Assembly (NCBI GenBank): GCA_973895155.1 | Contig: OZ316892.1 | Location: 19,073,457 to 19,137,456, forward strand | Direction: 5' to 3' | Source: Marsupella aquatica | Lineage: Eukaryota; Plantae; Marchantiophyta | DNA length: 64,000 nt | Shown: one piece after another, positions 13,187 through 25,640 of the stretch | Layout: each line of letters opens with the position of its first letter | How positions within the stretch are numbered: the first letter of the stretch is position 1 | Translations under genes and position numbers: made by a program | The notes under the pieces: model-generated | The model's input: only the letters and a program-made list of their open reading frames with translations | Told to the model about the DNA's origin: nothing | Database searches by the model: none

Positions 13187-14137
13187 TCAAAATATAATGT
13201 CATCGTCCTTTCCGTGATCAGGATCGAGAAGGTCGGTAATTTTGTGTGACAGTTTGTGACCGAGGACAACCCCATCGCGATCAGGATCAATAACCTCCGA
13301 AAGCGCGTGACCGAGTCTCTCAGATAGCGTTTTGTGGTGATGTTTTTTGCGTCCCTTTCCCTTCTCTTCTCCCTCGTCGTCGTCGCTGGACGATGACGAT
13401 CTAGTGAGATCCAAGCCCGCTTCCGCCGCTGCAGCAAGAGCAACAGCCTTGTCATCCTCATACTTCTTCATTTCGGCTAGCTTCATCTCTACTTCTTTCT
13501 TCTTGTAGGCCTGAACCTTTTTGAGACGGAAAAACTCCTCCCTCTCCAATTCATCCAACTCTCCCTTGATATAGGAGATAGTGTTTTCCAGTTTAGGCTT
13601 TACTACGTTCTCCAAAGCGTTCACCCTCCGATTGGTCGTCTTGATCGCTTCATCCAGAGTAAGAAAAGAGGTCTGCAACGAGGCCAGCTCTACAAGCACC
13701 TCAATTGCTCTAACGAAAGCGGATTTGCAGAGTTGGATCTGCTGACCACCTCTTGACAAACCTGTCAAATCGTTCTTCGTCTCTCCAGCCTCGATAAAAT
13801 GCTCAAACTTGGGTAGCTTCACTCCAGCGACATTATCCGTCTTCGCCCTAACTTTGATGGTGGCCGTTTCAACGTTCTCGAACACAATGTACTTGATATT
13901 ATCTCCGGCGGAATACTTCGCTTCCGTCAATGAGAAGGCGGACGATTTCATGATATCTCCCATAGCCTCCTTGGTCTGCACGATCCGCTTCAAAATCTGC
14001 CGAAACTGCATCGTTAAAGCATCGCTCTTCTTCTTCAGCAATTGATGGCCCTTCGTGGCGCCCACAAGCCTCAGCTTGATCACTCCCAAAGTCGTCACAG
14101 TCGGCGTCACATTCAGACGCGCCCCTGCTCCCGCCAT
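13187..14137 (-). CDS. VHA-D: V-type proton ATPase subunit D (intronless, 316 aa, extended C-terminus)
   Basis: The ORF contains GATKGHQLLKKKSDALT, NVAGVKLPKF, LVELASLQTSFLTLDEAIKTTNRRVNALENV and ELDELEREEFFRLKK, and ends DDDIIF. All are hallmark V-ATPase D motifs. Confidence 0.97.
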   Translation of the reverse strand: MAGAGARLNVTPTVTTLGVIKLRLVGATKGHQLLKKKSDALTMQFRQILKRIVQTKEAMGDIMKSSAFSLTEAKYSAGDNIKYIVFENVETATIKVRAKTDNVAGVKLPKFEHFIEAGETKNDLTGLSRGGQQIQLCKSAFVRAIEVLVELASLQTSFLTLDEAIKTTNRRVNALENVVKPKLENTISYIKGELDELEREEFFRLKKVQAYKKKEVEMKLAEMKKYEDDKAVALAAAAEAGLDLTRSSSSSDDDEGEEKGKGRKKHHHKTLSERLGHALSEVIDPDRDGVVLGHKLSHKITDLLDPDHGKDDDIIF

Positions 14138-14555
14138 GGCTGCTACACCTCGCGCCTTCCAGATCCAACGCTATTCCTCCACTTCTCGTCGCCTTTTCCT
14201 CCAAAAAACCCTCAAAGAATCGAAAAAAAACTTCAACGGAAAGCCAATCTGTCCGATTCCAACTCCTGGAGCGACGAAAACAAACCTTGTCGGCACAGCT
14301 TCTTCGTCTTCTGCTATGGCGCATCCAGTCCCTCAATGCTGCTGCTGGTTGTGGGAAAGGAACGGATCCGCCATTCGCCTCTGCTGCGACCCTGTTCTCG
14401 ATTCTCCGCATGCAGCTGCTTGCGCTGCGCCTCGTTCTTCTGTGTGCCCCCTTCCTCGACTTCCAAGGAACAGAATTGCACCACCGATTTTACGAACACT
14501 ACTGTACCTGTGTTCCGTCACTTCCGTGCCTCCCTCTCCCTTACCACACCTCTTT

Positions 14556-14911
14556 CTTTGCTCTATTCTTTGAAACTGGAATAGAAGTGGAAATGACCAT
14601 ATATAAAAATGGGCCAAACCCTCTCCCATGGGCCACCTCTTTCGTTGCTCTATTGCTTTTGAAAAGACAGTATGCAAAAATGGGCCAAACCCTCTCCCAT
14701 GGGACACCTCATTCTTTGCTCTATTCTTCAAAAGTGGAACAGAAGTGGAAAAGACAATATGATAAAATAGGCCAAACCCTCTCCCATAAGTCACCTCATT
14801 CTTTGCTCTATTCTTTGAAAGTGGAATAGAAGTGGAAAAGACAATATACAAAAATGGGCCAAACCCTCTCCCATGGGACACCTCATTCTTTGCTCTATTC
14901 TTTGGAAGTGG
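14556..14911. repeat. Tandem repeat (about 87-bp unit, about 4 copies) upstream of VHA-D
   Basis: Unit CTTTGCTCTATTCTTTGAAAGTGGAATAGAAGTGGAAAAGACAATATACAAAAATGGGCCAAACCCTCTCCCATGGGACACCTCATT; one copy is internally deleted. Confidence 0.9.
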
Positions 14912-16139
14912 CAAGGATCATCATTTTACAGAAAACAGCTTTCAACTACATATTGTGTCATGGCAAACTTATGACACTGAAGGGAGGAGTGCACTGTCTC
15001 CAGGCCAAAATTAAGGATTATTTTGTTCATTTTTTTGTTATGAGATTTACTATCTGTAGGTTAACCCAACTCCTCAATGGGTTTATGGGCTGTTATGTCT
15101 GAGAATATAGGACCCAACTTCTCGAGGGGGTTATGGGTTGTAATCCCTCAAGGCAGGAGGCAGATCCAGATTGATGGGCAAGTTCACTAGATAGTGTTTG
15201 GAAAGTTTAGGGTAGGATCCCGTGCCACTCATAAACTATGTTGCAACCTCCAAACATTCATGGTTGCCGTACAATCAATTCACCCCTCAGATGTGGGCTG
15301 TGGCTGCCACATTCTGCAAGACTGGTTTTGGGCCATCATCTTCTATGTCCCAGCAATACTTGTCCCGACAAAATTGCACAAAAACATTGACTTGTTTGAA
15401 GCCCCTTCAAACTGAGCTTAAGCTTGATGTAAATAAAATCTCAATATGAACACTATATAAGGAAAGTTTTTATGAGAAATGTTTCACCAGAGATAGCTTA
15501 GAAGACATTCCTTGCATTGTTGAAAGGAAGACAAATGCTTATCCTGAATATGTACGGTTTGTGCTGATTGTGACTTGTCAGCGTTTGTGTTGGATTGTGT
15601 GTGCTCCTCCTGACTTTGGTCTATTAGCTACGGCTTTTGCTAGTAGTGTCATAACTTTAGGGCTTAGGTTATTACCAACAACCAGGTGCAGAACAATAAC
15701 TACAGTACTATTGAGAAATCTCTCACTCTCACAGGTCCAAGCCAGGTTAAATTGACAGCTTGCAAGCTGCCATCAACCAGCTTGCACCACATCACATAAG
15801 CATTTGTAGAGAATAGACTAGTATGTCAGTGTTGTGTTAGCAATCCACAGGCTCTTTAAGTCAATGAATGAAATGAGCATGGCAATGTTGTTGCCCATGT
15901 GTTGTTGAATTTGGCAAGATGATATTTGTGCATTAGTCTTTGTTTATTGGATATAGTTAGTCAAGTCTACATAGATGTTTTCTGTAAAGCCTGAATGGAC
16001 TAGCAAAGCTTAGACGGACTGAGCCAAACACACAATTTGCTCGGATATTGTTGTTTACAGCTCTGTCCAAACTGGAAAATGTAGTGGCCAAATCACCAGT
16101 GATTAGAAGTTTTAGTTCATTAAAGTCTTTAATAGAGGG

Positions 16140-17520
16140 AGAATTTCAATTTTTATTCACAATGCCTCAAGTAGTTTGCTCAATGGGCATCGATCTTTTG
16201 TGAAGTGACAATGCAACTTGTGCAAGTATTGTTGCACAATCATATTTCACAAAGAATGTTATTCTTGTTACAAAGAGTGCTTTGAGTAAGCTTGCAAAAT
16301 AACTAAACATCATTTGGGAACACTCACAAAATCTTGCTGTTCATAGAGCAGTGCTCTTGTTACAAGCAACCCTTCAAATAAGTTTGCTCTTGCAGAGCAG
16401 TGCCAAGAACAAGGTGAAGAGGATTTGCAATATATGTGCCTGCCTCTATTGTAGCGGGCATGCAGCCAAAGTTTACCATCCATGAATGTCCTACTTTTAT
16501 TACCTATTTGCAATCAATTACTATCACTATCAGATCTTGGATCAGGTATAAAGTGGCGAGTCTCCCTATCACGGTCCATGGGGATCGCTAGGAACAATGT
16601 CCCGGTCCCTCCGGGCTTGGACTTCTAGTTTTATGTGCTGGTCTATGTTTCAAGTTTTGCAAAGACAACAACATTTGTCTAGAAGCAGAATTTAGTCCAT
16701 TCTTAAATAGTCACATTTGGCTAAATTGTGTAGTGTGAATGGGTATCCAAAAATTCTGGGACACCTCAATCTGTCAATTTTATAGATTTTTGCTTAAGTA
16801 GTGTTGAGTTGTTACACTTAGGACCTCTTAAGTAATCAGAAGTAAGGAAGGAAGGGCAGAAAATTAATCTCCCTGATCTCGTGGTGAATAATTTGTGCTT
16901 AGAATTATATACATTTTTGAAAGGTATTTCCAATGAGCCTAACATGGCCAGATTTTGTCAAGTACTGAAAAACTCAAGAATTTTAAATTGCGCTACCCTT
17001 CCTTGCACTTGTTGTTAATGTTGTGAGCAAGAAACGGCTTCAAATTTGCTTCCTCCTCTTGAGAATATGTTTCATTCTTAAAATTCTTTCAAAAGGTTTT
17101 GAAGAGTGTTTCAATGAGCCTAACATTGCTAGATTTTATCAGTATTGAAGAGCTCACTGAATTTCCCACTGCCCTCATAGACACTCTAGCTATATCCTCA
17201 ACAAAAACTGATTTCTAAGTTCTCCCTCGTCTTTCAATGAAACTTTTTGAATGTGCTTAAACACTTAAAAAAAAATTCAGAAAGAGCTTTCCAATGTGTC
17301 TAATATTGCTGGACTTTGTCCAAGTACTAAATTATAAGAAATCATGACTTTATAAATTTCTCTAGCTTTCCAATAAGAAATTTGTCAAATACAGTAGATC
17401 AGGAAAATTTGAATTCTAACACTTTAATGAACAACATTCATTGGCAGATTTTGTCAAATACTACAGAGATCATGAATAATTGAATTCCTCTGGCATTCCT
17501 AGAAGGTCTTGCAAATGTCA
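16140..17520. repeat. Copy of a dispersed AT-rich composite repeat family
   Basis: Contains GCTCTTGTTACAA modules, a TCACGGTCCATGGGGAT motif (about 16569) and arrays of TTCCAATGAGCCTAACAT...GATTTTGTCAA. These are shared with 20.0-20.7 kb and 52.3-54.6 kb. Confidence 0.6.
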
Positions 17521-18980
17521 GCTGCAACAAACTGGTTTGAATTTTCCCCGGTCGCCCTATAAAGTCTTAGAGCCATTGTCAAAAATATTTGGTTATTTAA
17601 GCTCTTTAAGCATTGGAGCTTGAAGTATGAAGCTCTAGACAGACCTCAATCGGGTTATTTTGTTCTAGAAGCCCACTTTGTATTTTCTGAAATTTCATTT
17701 TTCAATTCTTGATCTTTTTATGGTTAATGGGTCTAACTAGTTTTCCTTGCCTTGCGTCAAACATGAATAGTCTTGTTGTTTAGTGTGGCAAACACACACA
17801 TTCTTGTTTGTGACTACAAGTGTTGACATGGTCACACTGGTGCCACAAATTTTGGAATGAAATTTGGTATGTTAATTCATCAACTCATTAAAGTCTAGTA
17901 GTGGGATGTGCTGGTAGGTTTGTTTTGCAATAAATTGCATACTAATTCCAGCACGGGGGACCTGCAATAGAAAAAACGGGAACTATTTGTTCAGTCTTGG
18001 TAGGGATATGTTTTCTACACCTTTGAGCACCTTGTTGGTGTTTTCAAAGCATCATCCCAGCTTCCAGACCCTCAGAATAAAATAAAAAAGGGTTGGACCT
18101 CCCCCAAATCGTAAGAGTCAGTGATTTCTGTATTTTGTGAGGGAGTTGAACTACTCTAGAGGATGTGTCAAGGGTCCAGGAAGGGTCACATGTGGGACGC
18201 ACCCAGTTGTTATAATAGATATTTATTTAAATTACGAAACTCCTTAGATATTTTCTTATCTTAAGGGCAGACATCAAATCTTCAAAGATCTGGTGAATCC
18301 AACCCCAAATTTAAGCCAGACTTTTTACAATGTGGCTCAATATATGCCCCACTAGTTTTTTTTTTCTTTGTATCATTTAGCTAATAGTTGGAGAAGGGAA
18401 GATTTTTGCAGTATTTTGCCAATTAAAAAATCACTGCCAACAATAGTTTACTAGTGTGTAATGTCATCGTGGCTTGTGGGAAACATAAATGATTAGTCAA
18501 ATTTTGTATTTGACTAACAAGACATTTTAGAGTTCTTGTACAGCTTCGTTATTAGTATTATTATAGCGTACATAAGTAGAAATTACACTAACTAATTCAA
18601 TCTTTGCCTTGTGATGATAGGGTGGGTCTTCTGGTTGGTAGACTTTGGCATATTTTTGTACACAAGGAGTGCGTTGAATATAGTCATTTCCACTTTTGCC
18701 CTTTGTTTGGAAGGGAAAATACCAACAAGCAAGCCGTGCAATAACTGGCTACATTAGTGAACTTAAAAGCCCGGATGGACCTGCACCTTGTCCATGAATC
18801 CCTCATGGATAAACCAAACCTGCATGGATTTGACTAAAACATACAAATATGCTTGCATATTGTTTTTTACACTTGTGTCCAAAAAATACACTATAAGCAA
18901 CCAAATCATCACATTTGTCCCAAGCTTTATTTTGAAGCTGCTATATGATGAATCCAACTCTCATGTTTTGTCTTATTCAT

Positions 18981-19170
18981 ATTTGTGTATCATGAATTTT
19001 TATTTGAATGTACCTTAACCAGGGGCATCCTTTGTATCACATAGACTTTTAATTCATTTTTGGACCACTTTAAATTTGTGTATCATGAATTTTTATTTGA
19101 ATGTACCTTAACAAGGGGCATCCTTTGTATCACATAGACTTTTAATTCATTTTTGGACCCCTTTAAATTT
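18981..19170. repeat. Near-perfect tandem duplication, 93 bp x 2
   Basis: ATTTGTGTATCATGAATTTTTATTTGAATGTACCTTAAC...TTTTTGGACC(A/C)CTTTAA starts at 18981 and 19074. Confidence 0.9.
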
Positions 19171-20039
19171 TTGGTATCCTATAGTATTTTGAATTTATTT
19201 TGGCAGCCCCCTTAATTTTTAAACTTCTATAAGTCCTAGAGAGAAACTAAGGGCTTCATTTTCTACAGCTTTTAAGTATACTCATGAGTGAGAGGAATGA
19301 TTCTAAGTAATGTCAACACATCCTGTCTTAAGTTCCCCTTGTCACTTTCTTTCCTAAGTTTATGGTTTTTATTGAAATAAGAATCATTAGTAAGACACAC
19401 TGAAATACGTGCACAACTCATAGTATCTTTGTGTCATAAAATTATACTTTCCATTGGTCACTATGTGCTTTTATTGCATGTGCTTTATTTATATTATTTG
19501 ATCTCATTCACATTTAATATGTATTCTAGTCTTACTCTCTAATTTTGTCCACTTAATACCATTACCAGACAAAAAGTAAAACATGTTCCAGAATGAGCAT
19601 GCTATATCCCAATATTTTCCTTGTTAGTAAACTCTGTCACCATTTTTGTCTTAAAGATACATTGACAGAGGCCAAAGCACTTTAATTGAAGGCTGCGCTT
19701 CATTCTTCCAACTCTTTCCCCTCCACACAGTTATTCTAACCAATTTTTTAGAGTTTAATAAAAAAGATAAAATGTAAAGCACATTTAGGTAGTTATATAA
19801 ATACCTTATCTAACCTTTATGGGAGATGATATTTTGAGTAGATTGAGCGCTTCACATTTTACTTATACCGCCTCAAGTAAATTTGCTCAATGATAAAAAC
19901 CAAATGAATCTAGTTTACTCAAAAATATATTTGTATGTTTATAAGCCCTGCAAAAAGGGGGACAAAAGTAGCACAATAACTCATGAACTAAGGAAACAAT
20001 TCCCACCAAGGAGGTTAGGGGGTCAAATCTAAAGCCCAA

Positions 20040-20730
20040 ATAAGCTCAATTTCTCATAAATAAATTATAAATGTTCTACCTATTTTCCTGAGATTCTAGG
20101 GCATTGATACTTTATGGAATGACTATACGACTTCCAAAAATGTTTTTACATAATGTTGTTTTTTATAAAGCATTGCTATTGTTACCGGGATTATAGTAAT
20201 TTTTTCATTATGGAGCCAAGGAAATTCCAATTTTCATAAACATTGTTGTGGAATACTATTTTCAGAGACCATTGTTCTTGTTATAAATAGTGTTTTTATT
20301 AATTTATTGCTATAGAGCTACTTGAAATTTTTTTGGGGAAGTATTGTTGAATTCAATTTTTCAGAGAGCACTACTGAAGTTTTTTAGAGAAAAACTACAA
20401 GTAATTTTTTGGAAACAAATCTTCCAAAAATCATATTTTGCATACAAGGCTGCTCTTGTTACAAAGAACGCTTTGAGTACTTTGCCGAAGCTATGGAATA
20501 TTTTAAATGTGCATCTTCACTCCATTCCATTTACATTCTCAATTTGACATTGAGGTGAACACATAATGTTGTTAGACTGATATAAATGTAGGTGAATAAT
20601 GAATGAGAGAATTTATCATCCATTTGTAGTTGAATTATCTCATGATTAGGTGTAAAATGGTATTCCCTTGTCACAGTCCATGGGGATAACCGGGGCAAAC
20701 GTGCCAGTCCTTCCAGGTTTTTGTTTCCTA
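20040..20730. repeat. Second copy of the dispersed AT-rich repeat family
   Basis: TGAGATTCTAGGGCATT, CAAAAATCATATTTTGCA and CTCATGATTAGGTGTAAA...CCTTGTCACAGTCCATGGGGAT match 53.2-53.7 kb and 54.4-54.6 kb. Confidence 0.65.
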
Positions 20731-21474
20731 CATTAGTACTTGTTTAATAGGATATTTCATCTCAAATATAATCTCTGAATTGAAATGTATCATAGAGTAT
20801 TGTGATGTGATAAAATAAACCACTTCTTTTGTTGTTGTTTGGATTTGCAGTTTTGTTTACATTTTGAAGTAGAGTAGCCGGTCTTCTTTTTCAGGGACGA
20901 CATCAACAGCGTATGGAGGTAATGAGTTGTTCATATCCATCGAAATCAGAATGAAAACAAAAGAGTCCAATAATTCTTCCAAGGTTACAAAACAAATAAT
21001 TCAGCCGTTTCCTTGGCTCTTTAACCTTAGCTTTTGTTGCATTGGGGCCCACATCTATAAAGGACAAAGTGTCAGAATTATGCAAGAGAAATCTCGTGTA
21101 TCTTTGCAAGATCTTCTCCTTTTTAAAAAGTATTCTCAACCATGTTTACTTACTGTCGACAACAGGTTACAAGAACACACTCTAGTAACCTACAGTAAAA
21201 CCCATAATACATTCATCAAACCTGGAAATAAAGCTTTCATGAATCACAACTTTTGACAAGATCTAATTTTTGAAAATTGAAATCTCAAACTGGTCCATGC
21301 ATCGGCATGGTTTGTGCTGGGGGCTAACTAAAGTAGTTTTTTAATATGATGCACAATCCAGACCTGATAAATACCATTTTAAAAGAAGTATTCTAAAAAT
21401 ATTTATATTTGAGTATTAAAAAGTAATATCTTATTCTGTAAAATACAAGATAAGGAATATTTTCTAATATTGTA

Positions 21475-23803
21475 CAGCAAAATACTTGATGGTCCTCTAG
21501 GTAAAAAAAATCGTGATGAGCCCCTCACTTTTTAACTATACTTTATGGGGCCCCCTGTCCTTCCAACCCATTCTCATGACCTGTGTGTGATTATTTTTTC
21601 ATTTTTTAATTGTTACATAGTAGTACAACACTACAACTATCTAAGTCAGTCCACCAAATGTTCTCTTGCTTAAAAAATATATATTATAAGGTATGTAAGA
21701 AGTATTAGTCCTTGTCACTCCCATATTCATTTTTCTCATGTTTTGAAGTGGTTATGCAAGGTAAGAGTACTTAAGGTACGTAATATTACTCTCTTTAGTT
21801 AATTATTCTCAAAAGTTTTGGAAGTATTCAAACCTGAAAGTATTTTTCCATAGCATAGTCTTACCTGAACTTTTGTAAGGTGAACCAATGGTTTTGGGTG
21901 CTATCCGGGTGCTATTTGGGTACTATTTTTTAAATGTTGATTTTTGCAAATAAATCATGTGGACCTTTAAACAATTTTTTGATGCTATTTTGCCATTTTG
22001 TTTTGGAAACATTTGACTTGAGCATTTCCTTGGTGTTACTTTTGTGAAAGTTTTTTTTGTGTCACTTTGAGTCATAGATGTTAATTGTGATATGATTTTG
22101 ATAGCTAATTTTGTGGTTGTTCTACCAACATTGAGCTCAAATTTTAAGGTCATATAACTACTTCTACATTTATTTTTATGTGCATCCTAAATTCTCATTT
22201 TTATGAATTCAATTGATGCGTTGTGAATTCAATTAATTCCTTGTGTACAAAGCTAAAGAATAAAAATTGTAATTTAAGTGACTTGTGTAAAATGCCTGAA
22301 TACTTTACCTAGGTGTTCACATCCATTTTTTCCACACATAACACCAAGGAATTGCTCAGGTCTAACATGAATATTTCCAAAAAAATTCTTGGCAAAGTAG
22401 CATCAAAGAATTGTTCAAGGCCCACCTAATTTATTTGCAAAAAACAATTTTTAAAAAATAGCACCCAAAACGATTGGTTCACCTTACTAAAGTTCACGTA
22501 AGACCATTCTTAATTTGGAGAAATAATTTCAGGTATGAGTACTTCCAAAAAATTGAGAGTGAATAACTAAAGTATTTCAAAACATGAGAGAAATGAAAAT
22601 GGTATGACAAGGGCTAAATGTTTACTACATACATACATTATAAATAATTATGTAAGTATTTTTAAACACGAGTACACTAAAAATTGCCTCTAGAAACCCT
22701 CTGAAATCCCGCACCTTTGTATGGAGGATACTTGCACAAAGACTTTTCATAGGCACGCGGGCTCTTAGAATTGGGAAGAGCAAAGGTATGTGCCAAATCT
22801 GCTCTACAGAACTGGAATCCATCCCTCACCTCTTCTTTAAATGTCAATTTGCACGTAAATGCTCGAGTCTGGTGTCTCAGTCTTTTCTTGGTATCATTCT
22901 CTGGTCTCTTGCGGATATTATGCAACTGCTTGGCTCTTTCAAAGGCCCCCGCTTTACGCACACAATCGTGGCCTTCATGGTATATCAAGTCCTGTGGACT
23001 TTGTGGAATACCAGAAATGAACAATTTTTCAATCCCCTAATAAGAAGCTCCTTCAATTTTAATCTAGTCCTCTCTGAAATGGCGGACAACATTCATGGGC
23101 TGTGTGAAACTTATGGCCCCTGCCGCAAGCTCTCGAGGCTCCTCCAGGCCAAGGAAGCAATGCTCAGTGAGAGAAGGAGGTGGTTAGGAAGGAAGGATGC
23201 CTTCGTGACATGGTGAAGCGCTTCTTCTCACTGGGCTCTTACTAGTGGAAGGTAGTGGCTCTTTTACGCTTAGAAGTGAGCTCTGGCTTTCTAGACTAGT
23301 TCATTCAACTCATGCTTTTCTATTTTGCCTGTACACTTTCTTGACAGCAACTCTTTAGACTGTAGTGGCCTTTCAGTGTGGATCGGTTTGTGGTTTGGTG
23401 ACTTACAAGGCCTTTAAATGTTAGACAGTTCTGCCTTAGGCTTTGTCACTCCTACAAGCACTCATGTGCTTTGTGCTCCTTGCCGGCTCTGTCCCATGGG
23501 GCCTCGACCCTGGTTGCATGGCCTTTTGGATGTTGTTTTGGCTGCTTTGGCTTCCTTCCCATGGGTTTTTGTGGGTTTTACTTGAAAAGTACCAAAAAAA
23601 GTTCCAGATAAAATTAAAAAAATTGCCTCTAGAGTACATTTGGTGGACGGACGTAAATAATTGTACAATTATGTTACAAGTACAAAATGAAAAAAATCAC
23701 ACAGGTCATGAGAAAGGGTTATAAGGACAAGGGGCCCATTAAGTATATTTGAAAAATGAGGGGTTGGAATATTACCTGGAGGGGGCTATCAAGTATTTTG
23801 CTA
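21475..23803. mobile_element. Non-autonomous foldback element with roughly 550-bp diverged inverted arms
   Basis: The left arm (about 21475-22040) is the reverse complement of about 22340-22680 plus 23634-23803. Example pairs: CAGCAAAATACTTGAT / ATCAAGTATTTTGCTA; TTCTCATGACCTGTGTG / CACACAGGTCATGAGAA; GTAAGGTGAACCAAT / ATTGGTTCACCTTAC; TTCCTTGGTGTTA / TAACACCAAGGAA. TA flanks both ends. Confidence 0.82.
22695..23617 (+). mobile_element. 5'-truncated non-LTR retrotransposon (L1-clade LINE 3' end, zf-RVT region)
   Basis: ORF 22788-23216 reads CQICSTELESIPHLFFKCQFAR...LWTLWNTRNEQFF, the C-terminal zinc finger of plant LINE ORF2. There is an A-rich 3' end. A 16-bp TSD, AAAAATTGCCTCTAGA, lies at 22679-22694 and 23618-23633. 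Confidence 0.88.
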
Positions 23804-25640
23804 TACCAACCCCAACTACCCGTTCTTTGAATGAATAACGGAGAGGATAATAAAAATATTATCAAAATATATTCTCTATCCATATTCTTTGAAGGTTAAT
23901 GAAATGATAAAAAACTCATCATTTTAATAGTTATATATAATATACCATTCTCTTTTATGTGCACATCTATCTTCTATGCACATATGTTATGGTGGGGCCA
24001 TAATATCCATATTTTTTGAATGTAAAATATTTGCATGTACCAGTTTATATATATCATAGTCATGTCATGAGTTTTTCCCATGCAGATGATGACCATGAAT
24101 TAGGGTCTGGACCAATGTTTTTTTTAGTGGCAAAAATTTGCTAGATTCCACCTCCCCAAAAATCCTTAGCCACTTTTGGCGAAAATTGGCTTCTATTTTG
24201 CTGGCTCATTAGCCAGTGTTTCACCTAATCCCAGGCCCCATTAGCCAAAATCTAATGGTCAGTCTTAAATCTAGGGAGATCTGACGTTCAGAAAATAATT
24301 GAATAGAGAATCTTTTGAGCATCTTCTCTCTCACACACTTTACATTTGCCAGTGGTTAAAAAAATGAAATCCTTAAAAAATAGGCTGGTCTAGACCTCTA
24401 GACCTAAGCTCTTAACAGTAGACTTCAGTTGGTGTTTTTATAATAAGATTATTGTATTAAACACCTTATTTTACTGCATCCATTTTATTATGCATTTGGA
24501 AACGGCCAGGAACTTACTTCTGGTGGGATTTTACACGACCCTAGGGAGAGGGATGGTGAAGTTCGCACATTCACGGCACAACACTCGACTATCCACAGTT
24601 AGCACTTGACTTGCCCTGCATACAAAGTCAATAATCAAATTGCTTTGAAACAACTAAAAGGCTTCCAACATATCCAAAAGATTCATCGTAATCTTTTTCC
24701 AGGCATCATCACAAAAGCAATATAAAGTGTTGGCAATCGGAATCAAAACTAAATGAATAAATAATTAGTTTGGCGCGAATCTTATAGCCTACGCGACTCT
24801 AAGGGCACGTGTAAGTGGGAGTAGGGGGCTCCCCATTCCCAGCTTCCCACACCGGACAGATGATGACTTGGCGAGTGTATACGACGTGAGTACGGGGCTA
24901 CAGTATCCAGTACACGGAAATCGCGACCGTAAAACGTTTTGACACTCTTTCGGCAACTCGAGTCGTGTGACGGACGTCCCGTAAAGGGACTAATTATCCT
25001 CCGGTCTCAACCTCATACTGATTGCTAGTCTCAAAAGTTCGCTCGGATACACTTTTCGACCTACGGTATGAGGCCGCTTCTGGTTTAAACCATGGTTCGG
25101 GACCGGCGGTCGTGGGGCTTGCTTTGCCGCGTTGGAAAAAGGGGCTTTTTCCTCGTCTCTTCTCTTCTCTTCTCTTCCTTTTCTCTTCCTGTTCTTTCGG
25201 TCTTGCTCACTTTTCGGCTGCCTCGGTCTCTCTGCTGCTGCCTTCACCTAACTGTAGTCTCTACTCTCGACTACTCCTGTTCCTCGCCACCTCAATCCCA
25301 CTCCACCTCCACACCTCCGATCTCCCTCCCGCTCTGTATCGGTAAAGCTCGTGCCGATACTCTTCGTGGGCTCTGGGTTTGCTTCATAATTCGTCTTCTT
25401 CGTCTTTCTGCTGAGCACGAGGCGCTTTTGCCCTAGCGGAGGAGGCTGGGTGCTGTTGGCGTCGTCCCCACGAATGTGATCTTGAGAGAATCTGAAAGCT
25501 TCGCTCACAATTGGGTTCCCGTTCTCGGCCTTGGAAGGGTGCGTGCACTTGCACTTGCATTTGTTGGCTGGTTGCTGGCTGCGGCGTCTGAGTAACCCGG
25601 ATCTTGGATTTGGGTTCTGGGGCTTCCTCAATCTGCCGTC

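Noticed and set aside
14556-14911. Regular repeats as a possible CRISPR array (also 2160-2605 and 50375-50785)
   Set aside because: The units are tandem with no unique spacers, there are no cas genes, and the context is eukaryotic.
13809-14914. Several overlapping 170-190 aa ORFs around the VHA-D start
   Set aside because: They are antisense or alternative frames of a GC-rich 5' region and of the tandem repeat, with no recognisable domains.
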